Positions 39,512-50,199 of a stretch of 64,000 bases of DNA are shown here, one piece after another (position 1 is the first letter of the stretch; every line of letters starts with the position of its first letter). This DNA comes from Callorhinchus milii (lineage: Eukaryota): the NCBI RefSeq assembly GCF_018977255.1, contig NW_024704742.1:105650001-105714000 (forward strand), read 5' to 3'. Under the pieces are notes generated by a model, which made no database searches, was not told the DNA's origin, and saw nothing but the letters and a program-made list of their open reading frames with translations. Position numbers and translations under genes: made by a program.

Positions 39512-39890
39512 ATATGGTCTGTGACCACTGCAAAATGCTGACCCTTCAAAATGGAACACATTTTTCAAATGCCCACTCCACAGCCAGACACTTCCCCTCT
39601 TGTTCCATAATGGCATTCAGGAGTAATTAATGTGTTACCAGTATAAATAGTAACCTTCTTCCAATTATTTTGATGCTGCCAGATAAGATCTCCCAAACCA
39701 TATGTACTATCATCAATATGGACGACAAAAGGGTCAGGGCAACACAGGAAGTTCAATAAGTTTTCTTTCAAGGATTTCACTCTCTCGGGTACGCTTCCAG
39801 ATTGTACCTTTTTGCAGTGCTTTCAGCAACTACATTCTTACAGAAGCATTTGACAAAACTGTGACAGGGCCCCATTATTTCATGAATCTA
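39512..39890 (-). mobile_element. Gypsy/Ty3 LTR retrotransposon pol relic (RT connection and RNase H)
   Basis: LKENL...PFVVHIDDSTYGLGDLIWQ...VTIYTGNTLITPECHY then, after frameshifts, KCLAVEWAFEK...LKGQHFAVVTDH. Confidence 0.8.
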
Positions 39891-40474
39891 TTTTTGTAGC
39901 TGTATTTTCAAAGGCTTTTGGGAAAATACCGAGATGCTGTAATATAGCACATGTACAATGTGATACATAATTGTTTCACTTATAAAAAGTGGGTACCAGC
40001 TCATTTTAGTATATTAAGGTCCTTTATTGTAAGAAGAAATATCCAAACGTTTGGACTGAAAAATATCATCTAAATATGCAAAAGTAGGGCTTGCTCACAG
40101 ACGCTGACAGCATCAATTTACTTGAATGCACATTCCACCTCGTGGAGTCTGTGCAGAACCTTGACTCCCAACTGTCCTTTAAACCTCACATTTGTGCTCT
40201 GACCCACACGGCTTCCCCTCACCTCTATAATATTGCTTGCCTCTACCACTATCTCCCTCCTTGGGGTACCAAGATCCTAATTCACACATTCATCATGTCT
40301 CTGTTCTTTGGTCAGCTGGGTATTTGACACATGCAGCAACCCATCACCGTGCTTAAGAGATCCCAACCAAACTAAGTGTTCCATGCATCCCACAAACATA
40401 GAGATGTTTATTGGAATGTAATATCCACTTTCTTTCTGGAGGGACCCATCATCCTTACCTAATTCCAGAAAGTA

Positions 40475-41830
40475 TTACGATACAATACATAATTGCATTG
40501 TAAAGCGGCCTTTACGTCACAAGGACGTCCCAAGGAGCTGAACATTCAGGGATTAGGACCTGAGCGGTGGGGTGGGGGAGTGATTGGGATCAGGGAGGGT
40601 GGAGGGTGGGGTAGGATGACTGCTGAAGGCAAGGTCGAAAAGGAGGGTCTTGAGGCGTGCCTTGAAGGAGGCAAGAGAAGGAATGAGGTGAAGGGAATGT
40701 GGGATGGAGTTCCAGAGGGTGGGGGCAGAGACCCTGAAGGCTAGACCATCGATGGTGGGGTGGGCTGGGTGGAGTTCATGGAGCACGCTGGAGCCTGCTG
40801 AGTGGAGGGAGTGGACAGGTTGATAGGGAGTTAGCAGGTTAGAGAGGTAGGAGGAAGCAAGGCCATGGAGGGCCTTGAAGGTGAGGATGAGAATTTTGAA
40901 CTCAGTCTTCTGAGGGATTGAGTATTGGAACCGGGCGAGAATGGGTGTGATGGGGTCACAGAGTCTGTTGCAGGAGAGGACTCGAGCTGCGGAGTTCTGG
41001 ATGATCTGCAGCTTGTGGAGGGAAGAGTTAGGAAGGCCGACAAGCAGGGTATTAGCTTAGTCGAGCCTGGGTTTAATGAAGGCATGAATGAGGGATTCAG
41101 CGGCCTGAGGGGTGAGGCAGTGATGGAGTTGGCCAATGTTGCGGAGGTGGGGGAAGGCAGAGAGGATCATGGCATGGATGTGGGTGGAGAAAGGACAGTT
41201 GAGGGTCCAACAAGATGCCTAGGTTCCTGATTGGCTTGGTGAGGTGGAGTGTGCATCCATGGATACTGATGCTGTCAGTGCCTGAGGTGCTGGTGCAAGC
41301 CAATCAGGACAGCCTCGGTCTTGCTGACGTTCAACTGTAGAAAGTTGGCTCTCATCCAGGATTTGATATTGGACAGGCAGTCTGTCAGGACATCAGTGGT
41401 CCTGGGGTCGAGGGTGGAAGCGGAGAGATAGAGTTGGTTGTCATCCGCATATATGTGGAAGTTGACCCCATCCATGTCTGTGAATGATGTCACCAAGAGG
41501 GAGTATATACAGGTGGCCCACCCCACCATCGATGGTCAAGCCTTCAGGGTTTCTGCCCCCAGAGGGAGCATATACAGGTTGAAGAGGAGAGGACCAAGGA
41601 CAGAGCCCTGCGGAACACCACACGAGACAGTGGGACAGTGGGGGGCTGGAGGAGAAGTCATTTGTGAGAGATAGGATCTGAACCATTCAAGGACAGAACC
41701 TTGAAGGTTAAGGTGAGAGGAGAGGCGGTAGAGGAGGATAGAGTGGTCCACAGTGTCAAAAGCAGCAGAGAGGTCATGGAGGATGAGGAGACAGAGGGAG
41801 CCAAAGTCACAGATGGATCGAATGCCATTT
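40475..41830 (-). mobile_element. L2 LINE, 5' truncated, RT domain through tail
   Basis: [44 protein letters not shown] motifs; frameshifted. Confidence 0.92.
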
Positions 41831-42329
41831 GCTGTGGGCAGCATGGAAAGCTGATTGGAAGGGTTCGTAAAAGGAGTGGCAGGAGAGGCTCAGGTTGGCA
41901 AGAGCCAAGACCTGGGGACACCAAAGTATACATTGGGGTATTGCTGGAGTCTAACCAGTTGAAACCCCATAGCTTGCCATTGAGAGCACTACCTGGCAAG
42001 GTTTCCTGCTGCCTGTGCAGCTAGGACCACCTTGCCCTTCATGGCTTTAGGGTTAATGGGAGCTGAGTCCAATGGTCTGCCCTTCCAAGTCCTACTGATG
42101 AGCCAGAACACTGTGGACCTGCCTGGCTCAGAAACTGGACTCTCTAGACAGTCACAGAGGGTGGTTTTGATTCTCACATTCAACATGGAGTCAGTTCAGC
42201 TCCAAGGAGACCCTGCTTACCTCCCTCCAAGGAATCATTACATCCAGACTAGATTATGCCATCTCTCTGCTCACTGGACTAATTGCCTCTTCCCTTCACA
42301 AACTGAAGACTATCTAGAACTTTGTAGCT

Positions 42330-42855
42330 TGTGTCCTTTCCGGTACCAGGCTCCATGAGCCTATCACTCCCATCCTCACTCGACTCCACGGGCTCCCTAT
42401 CCTCAGCGGATTGAGTTCAAGTTCCTCATCCTAACCTGTAAATCTCTCCATGGTCTTGCCCCACCCTATCTCTGCAACCTTCTCAAACCCTACCAAAGCC
42501 TAACCTTTTAAATGGTTAACCAGACTGCTTCTTCTGCTCAGCGACACTGGCCTGCCTTCATGTCCCTGCCCCACACACCCCACCATTGGCGGTCGGGCTT
42601 TCAGTGTGTCTGCCCCCACCCTCTGGAACTCCATCCCAGAGTCTCTTCAACTCACCCCTTTCCTTATCTCCTTCAAGGTCCACCTTAAGACCTTCCTATT
42701 TGACTGCAATTTCGGCCATCCTTCCTCCCTCACCCCCTTACCCTCCATATTCCCGGTACTCAGGGTGGATGCAAACACTGGACTATCCTGAGCCTTGGGA
42801 CATCCTCCAAATGTGACAGGCACTGTATAAATGTAAATTTGTATTGTATCGTTGT
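42330..42855 (+). mobile_element. L2 LINE 3' fragment
   Basis: SAPTLWNSIPESL...SFKVHLKTFLF plus tail. Confidence 0.8.
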
Positions 42856-42857
42856 TT

Positions 42858-43065
42858 TTGGTCTTCAGACCATTGTCTTCAAACTGAGGATTCATGCAGA
42901 TTTTTTTGTAAATCAGTCTTAATTTGGAAACTGATGTTGACAAAGAAAACCGTCGAAAATTAATTCCAAAATTAGACTGAATTTAAGATTGACTTATAAA
43001 ATTTTGTACAATCTTAAATGTTAAGACAAAGGTCTCAAGACAAAGGGAATTTCAAGCCTCAAGAC
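42858..43065. mobile_element. Palindromic MITE copy
   Basis: agaccattgtcttcaaa...tcagtcttaatttggaaac ... ttccaaaattagactgaattt...aatcttaaatgttaagacaaaggtct. Confidence 0.6.
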
Positions 43066-44234
43066 CCTCAACCATTAATCTTTTAAATCTCACCAAGTTA
43101 TTATTAACCCCAAATAAAGTGACTTTAAATTAATACCAGGCCATAGTTTGTTACAAGCTTTGTCTTTACTTTATAAATTGCATCTATCTTCGCCTGCCAA
43201 AAGCTGCTATTAAAGTCAAGTGAATTGAAGCATTAAGTTCCACTGAAAGAATCTAGAATTTCATGCACAGATGGTAATGAATAGGCACCTCACTCGGTTT
43301 TAGCATTAAGTATCAACACAAATTTCCAGTAGTTTCATCATTTTTGGAAACTAAAACTGATGAAGTTCAAGGTAATTCAGAGAATTTTATTCCCTTTCCA
43401 AGCAAATCTTTCAGTTGCTTATATTCATTTATAATAAATATAATAATAATGTTATTAATTAATTAAAAATAATATATTTATATTCATTTGGCTATTTGTG
43501 AGACAATAGCTGCTCATTTTGTCTACAAAATACCCGGTCACTACACTTTACAGAAAATGCTGTGAAGCATTTTAAGATGTCCTCCTGAAATGAAAGGTGC
43601 TATATCAAATATAAACATTTTATTATTATTATTATATATAATTTTCTCCTTTCCAGAATCAGAAGTTCTCGTGGTTTTAGCCTTAAATTTTAAGAATCTT
43701 GGAAAGTCATTTAATTCATTTTTAATTTAGTATGCATTTTTCTGTGATTCTTCAAAAGAATGATCAGCTTCAACTGAATTTGAGAATTTTCCAAAATTAT
43801 GCAAAATAATTGAAATTGGACTGTGCTGTGCAGCAAAATAATCCTGCTCTGTCTGAATCGTTACTCATGACTGAGGAACTGTCACAACCAAAAGAGAAAT
43901 AGTCACCAGAATTACCAAACAATCCTTCAAGTGTTTAGTAAGTAATGTCATTCAAATTATTTCTCTGTCCTGCTCAAATCATAAATGAAAGAAAACTTTA
44001 TACAATCATACTACATAAAACCTCCTAGTGAGATCATTACAAAACTATTGGTTGCTTGTAACAAAGCTATGATCTAATACAGATTATCATGTGGACATAG
44101 GATCCTACCCCATTCTCTCTGTGATAGTGTATATGGAACATTATTAAGTAAAGGTTGACCAATCCAGGCTCACAATGATTTACAGGTAGTACAAAAGTGA
44201 TACAACACAACTACAACAACTTGCACTTATGAAT

Positions 44235-44875
44235 AAAAAATAATAATCCTTGCATTTGATATAGAGCTTTTCACGTCTTCTAGACGTCTCAAAGGGATTC
44301 ACAGAATAAACTGTAAAGTGAATTGACTGTATATTTGTGGGCGAAACGCGGCAGCCAATTGCGCACAGCAGTGTCCTACAAACAGTCATGAATTGAATTG
44401 TCTAATTTCTTTTTTTCTCAGGCGTGTGGAGTAGGGAAACTTGCCCATCGTTTCAACCTGCAGTTAAAGTATTCTATAGCTTGACTTTTCCCAAGCCCAT
44501 ATCATATCCTGTCTCTAACTTACAACTCTATTGAAAGTAACCGTGTAATGCATCAGAAGTTATTTATAATAAAAAATAATAATCCTTGCATTTGATATAG
44601 TGCTTTTCACATCTTCTTGATGTCTCAAAGCGCTTCACAGAATATACTGTAAAGTTAATTGACTGTATATTTATGGGCGAAACATGGCAACCAATTGCAC
44701 ACAGCAGTGTCCCACAAACTATTGTGGATTGAAGTGACCAATTTATTATTGTTTTTTTTCTTGAGGAATTATTATCAGGCATGTGAAGTACGGAAACTTG
44801 CCCAAGGTTTCGACCTGCTGGGAATCAAACTCAGGTCTCTCACTTGTGAGCCGAGTACTCTAACCACTGAGCTAC
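44235..44875 (-). mobile_element. Two tandem SINE family B copies (44235-44460, 44565-44875)
   Basis: Shared tail and aaacttgcccaaggtttcg body; the second has a tRNA-like head. Confidence 0.8.
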
Positions 44876-44940
44876 ATTTAGGGTCACGAGAAATGTAACC
44901 CTAAATGTGATTTAGGGTCACATTTCTCATGACCCTAAAT
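44876..44940. repeat. 65-bp double palindrome
   Basis: 31-bp arms with 2 mismatches around a 3-nt loop; each arm is itself bounded by inverted ATTTAGGGT(CA). Confidence 0.9.
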
Positions 44941-46911
44941 TCACTATCTCTCTGACTAGTTTTCAAGATGTGTAGGTATCAATTTATTCTTATTACATCC
45001 AATTATTGGTCATAGTTAAAACCCAGACAAGTTATTTTTAATTTCCAAAAAGTTTTCTGTCTTGTTTTTGAAACCCTTTATAGCCACCTTGTTCCATCAC
45101 ATAGAATCATAGAATCATAGAGTTTACAGCCCCGAAGGAGGCCAATAGGCCTATCTTTCCTGTGCCGGCTCTTTGAAAGAGCTATCCAATTAGTCCCACG
45201 CTCCCACTTATGCTGGTATTTTTATTCACATGCTTTATGCTTATCTGCTGGTCTTCCAATTTGCTTTAGTTGCCTTTATTTTATAGCTATGATCTTTTGT
45301 TTTTGCTTGATAGGGAAAAACTATCTGCAAATGTGTCTACATTTTCTAACTCTAATTTTAAATATCCACAAGGGAGGAGGGAATAAAAGGATTTGGGAGA
45401 GATGATTCGGAGGGGAGATCATGTGGAGTATAAGCAATGACACACACTAGTTGAATCGAGTGGCCTGTTCCTGTGTTGTTTTATGTAATTGTATGTAATT
45501 ATTATATGTAAGCACCTTTATCAACTTCTTGTTTCAATTTCTCTTTCAAGAAAGAAAAGTCCTAAGGTGACCACTTTTCCTCCTATTTCTGCCCCTATTC
45601 TCGAAGTGATGTTCTGTATGTTTGGTTTCTCTCTGTTGCACTCTATTTGATAATAATGGCTATTAGCTTTTACCTCCTTAACCCTACCTACCAGAATTTT
45701 AACCTGTCTCCTTTCATATTTGACCTTTCATAGCAGGGAACAATTTTCCTGAGCAACTCAGACAATCTGCTTCATGATCCTGAAAACTTCAATTAGGTCA
45801 CCTCGGCGTCTCTTCTTTTCAAAGAGAACAAGCACAACATCCTTAACCTTTCCTCATCACTTAAATTCCTGATACCTGGAATCATCTTGGTACGTCTGTT
45901 CTTTCCCCTAGAGTAATAATATTGTTAATTATTATGCAGGTGACCTATATCTGTGGGTTGGCAATCTAAAAATGTACTTAATCTCTACAAAGGGCTTTGA
46001 AACTGTACAAAATCAGAAATCAGCTCTAATTTAAACCGCCTGAGCTCTTTAACCTTCCAGCCAATTAATCATGACAGTCCTCAGGAAGGAACGTTGATCA
46101 AATCTGTTTCTGCCAAATATGGATGGACTTATTAACCTTCTCCTACCAGTCTCTGGCTGTCTTATGCTAAACACTACTAAGTGTGGTAACGAATGTCAGT
46201 AAACATTCATTTGATTAATTGCCAAAGACTCCTCCATATTTGTGGTGCAAGAGCTCAGTCACTTCTATCCAGGATTCCCCTTTGCTATATTGTCATTGCC
46301 TCTCCACCCCTCCCCCACCTCATGCATTCATGTTCTTTTCACCTTCTGGAGCTTCAGAGCTTTCAATAAACAAATGCACTCTTCTCGGAGTTTCAGGATT
46401 TCAGGTTCTGTGGTTGAGCCTCAGTCGAGTAGCAGCAATAATAACAATAACAAATTACATTTGTATAGCGTCTTTTACATCAGGAGGACGTCCCAAGGTA
46501 CTAGACAGTCAGGGATCCGCACCCGAGCTGCTGGTTGGGATCAGGAAGGGTGGAGGGGCTTCCTTTGAGAATCGGGGTCCGTTCTGAATCCCTAACCCTC
46601 ATTGCTGTCGGTGATTTAATTCCTTGACAACAGCTTGATCTGTCCTAAGTAACAATACAAGAGCTACTTGAACACAAAGGATCACCAAAAAAATCAAAGA
46701 TTCCTTTCTTTCCAAACTTTGGATTTAAATAGTCCAGTCACTACACTTTATAGTAAATCCTGTGAAGTGCTTTTGAGACATCCTCCAGACATGAAAGCTA
46801 CTATACCAAAGTAAGGATTATTTATTATTATTTGTAATACTTAGACAAGATTGACCAAATAGCCTCCTTCTGTCCTATCATTTGTATGAGGAGGTTGGTC
46901 TGCTGCATCAT

Positions 46912-47365
46912 GTGTCAGCCTGGCTCAGTGACAGCGCTCTCGCCTCTGAGTCAGAAGGTTGTGGGTTCAACCCCATGTCAGGACTCAGAATCACCTGGTC
47001 TAAAATTACATTCCAATGTAGTGCTGGGGGTGTGTTACATTGTCGGAGGTCCCATCCTTCAGAGGAGACGTTAAACCACGTTAAACCATCTATCTGCCTG
47101 TTCAGGTGGATGGTAAAGATGTCATGGGACTATTCGAAAAGAGAAGAGAGTTTCTCTCTCCCGAGAATGTTTCTCTCTCCCTGGCCAACAAACCCCCAAA
47201 TAAAATTGGTCACTCACTCCATGGTAGTTTATGGGTCATCACTGTATGCAACTGTCTGCCGTATTTTGCTATAAAATACACAGTCAATCCACTATCATGT
47301 GATGCGCTTTGAGATGATTCAATGCATGATAAGATGCTATATCAAATGCAAGGATTATTATTGTT
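46912..47365 (+). mobile_element. SINE family A, full length (tRNA head, Deu-like core, L2-type tail)
   Basis: A box TGGCTCAGTGA, B box GGTTCAACCC, core gtcggaggt...gagacgttaaacc...ctgcctgttcaggtggatggtaaagat, tail gctatatcaaatgcaaggattatt. Confidence 0.85.
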
Positions 47366-47727
47366 ATTCTCCTTAACAATCCTAACAATACAATAACAAT
47401 ACAAAGACCACAACTCATGCTGGGTAATGTTCCACAGCCGGTGGTTTCCTAATGATACAATAATTTGTTTAACTGGCCTCCGTGCTTCAAGCGTGAAGCT
47501 GGATAGAGTTCAAATGGGCTACTCAAATGGAAGGATACTAAAACAAAACCCATTTATACCATTCATCTTCTTAAAATGCACTGCAGGGAAAAGGGGTAAT
47601 ATAAGTCCAAACTATGAGCACATGTCTAAAATATGTAGTACGTGATTTTCACAAAGAGCCACATCCAAAATTGATGCCAGAAATATGTATTCTCATTCAA
47701 ATATTTGGTACTAAGAATCATAGAATC

Positions 47728-48378
47728 CTAATAATAATAATAATCCTTGCATTTGATATAGCGCCTTTCATGTCGGGAGGACGTCCCAAAGTGCTTCACA
47801 GAACACACTGTAAAGTGAATTGACTGTATATTTGTAGGCGAACGCGGCAGCCAATTGCGCACAGCAATGTCCCACAAACAGTCGTAGATTGAAAATGACC
47901 AATTTATTATTGTTTTTGGTTTTGGAGGGATTATTATTACAGTTATTACAGCACAGCAGGAGGCCATTCAGCCCATTGTGCCTGTGGTGGCTGTTTGAAC
48001 GAGCTATTTCATTTGACCCATTTTCCCCACTCTTTCCCCATAGCCCTCCATATTTATCCTTTTCAAGTACCTATCCAATTCCCTTTTGAAAGCTATTATT
48101 GAATCTGCTTCCACTAGGCTTTCAGGCAGTGCATTCCAAATCATAACAACTCTCTGGGCAAAAAAGTTTCTCCTTATCTCTCCTCTGGTTCTTTTGCCAA
48201 TTATCTTAAACCCGTGTCCTTTAGTTATCGACCCTCCCTCCAATGGAAACAGTTTCTCCATATCTACTCTATCAAAACCCCTCATAATTTTGAACATCTC
48301 TTTTAAATCTCCCCTTAACCTTCTCCTCTCTAAGGAGAACAATCCCAGCTTCTCTAGTCTCTCCACATAACTGAAGTT
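47728..48378 (-). mobile_element. SINE tail (47728-47940) inserted at the tail of a CR1 3' fragment (47945-48378)
   Basis: MERLEKLGLFSLERRRLRGDL...WNALPE motif; CR1 tail remnant agaatcatagaatc at about 47714-47727 on the far side of the SINE. Confidence 0.85.
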
Positions 48379-50199
48379 ATTACTTTTTATTTATTATTAT
48401 GAATTATGAGTTCAATAGTTCTCACTTGATTGAATTTATGGAAAAACATGCACACATGCATGCTTCACTTGATAATAACTTGAAGTGCAAACCCGGCCAA
48501 ATTTTTCCCTCTGTGGTCCAGTGATTGTGAGACTAACACCTCTGCTTTTACTGTCATTGTTACAGTTATGAAGAGCAGTTTGTTCAGAAAGATTTATCTG
48601 TACTGGAGATTTATTAAAAACTAGTTAGGACTCATATATACATGGTAACATCCCAACTTTGCTGCTAACATTACTTTACATTTACATCACATACTGACCA
48701 ATGTCATTCAGTCCCATTGTATCCTTTGATTTATAATGTCAGTTTTCTAGGCTTGAGCAGAAACAATTTATTTTATGTTTGTATCCTGCTTTCTCCTGTA
48801 CTGTGTCTGGAATAAATTGTTATTTGAAAACGAATCCAGAACAGAAAACCTCATGCAACTGAGATTCTAGCCTTTAGCTGTCCAGATTCTGACTTAGATC
48901 TATTTTAGTTGTGCTTTCAGGTGAGCAAGTCACAGGAAAGCACCTGCCATCAATTTCAACAAACCAGCTAGCCCTTTAACCGCTCACCCATCAAATCATC
49001 GCAAGACTTTCAAGGGATACAGTACATGCACAGTATTATTAGATTAGAAAAAGCACTCTTCATTACTTTTCCACAACAAACCTGCCTACAATAAACTCCT
49101 GATAACTCCACCCTGGTTTAACTTGTCACTGGCACTCAAGTCATCATGCTGTCAATATTGTGGCCGAATTTACAGTTATTTATTTATTTTTATGCCTAAC
49201 TCGTCAGATAACTCGTCGGATAACTGGTCACTGAGCCCTTTTCCCTTGGAGTGATGAGTTATCATTAGTTTACTGTATTATGTCGCATATTGAGAAACGC
49301 CGCCAACAATCTGTATGAAAACCTTTAAATAGTAATAACAAATAGTTACTGCAGCACAATATGTTCATTACTTTTTATTTATTATCTTTCAAAAGCAATA
49401 GTGAGAAGTCTAGTTGAATGTACAGAAACAAAATTGAAAGCCAAAACCATTTCTTAGTGATTACCATTTCTTAGTGATTATTCGTACTTACAGATAATTC
49501 AGATCACATACTGAATTTGCAACTCTGTGTACTTATACAGAAGTCATCTTGAATTTAACACGGAAGGTTGCCAAATACCAGAGCATGTTAGCTTTTCATA
49601 GATTTACTTAGATTGTACAGCATGGAGATAGGTTTATGTAGGTCATGTAAAGGTAGAAAATAATGTTTTAAAATATATCAAGTTATTTTCTGATAATTGT
49701 TAGATTTAATCTGCTATTACATCGGTGGCGGAATGTCTTACTTTCTCTGCCTCTATTAATTCTGAGCAGCTCAAATGGGTTCCATTCCAGAGTGGTAACA
49801 TGTCCCTGGGGACCAAGTTTGAGTTGGGGTGGACAGTTCACCAATTATAATTGCAAATCATCTAAATCCATCTAGTCTGACAATGTCCTCTACGGTTAGC
49901 TTTTGCTTTATGGTTCGTGTAGGGTCTGATTTTGATGCTTACTGCTATTTTCCCGTAGATATGGGTCTCTCTGTTATCTTTTCTCTCTGTACCTATCTAA
50001 TGATTGACCACGAAGATTTGAGTCAGGGCTTGACAAGGATCTCAAATAATTTATTTTGCCATCTTTTGCTACTTTTAAATGTGACTTTGGATCCATGGAT
50101 CTGTATGATAACCTCCAGATGAAAATGAAATACAGTACCCCTTTTTCTTTTTTTCCACATTAAAATAAGTAACTAAATTGCATTGTTAAAGTAATTGTT

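Noticed and set aside
44876..44940. Interstitial telomeric repeat
   Set aside because: TTAGGG units are single and alternate in orientation, not tandem.
21111..47967. Recurring peptide CNWLPR...QSIHFTV.SVK.F...YIKCKDYYY in many short ORFs as a gene family
   Set aside because: It is the translated SINE tail; frames and stops vary among copies.
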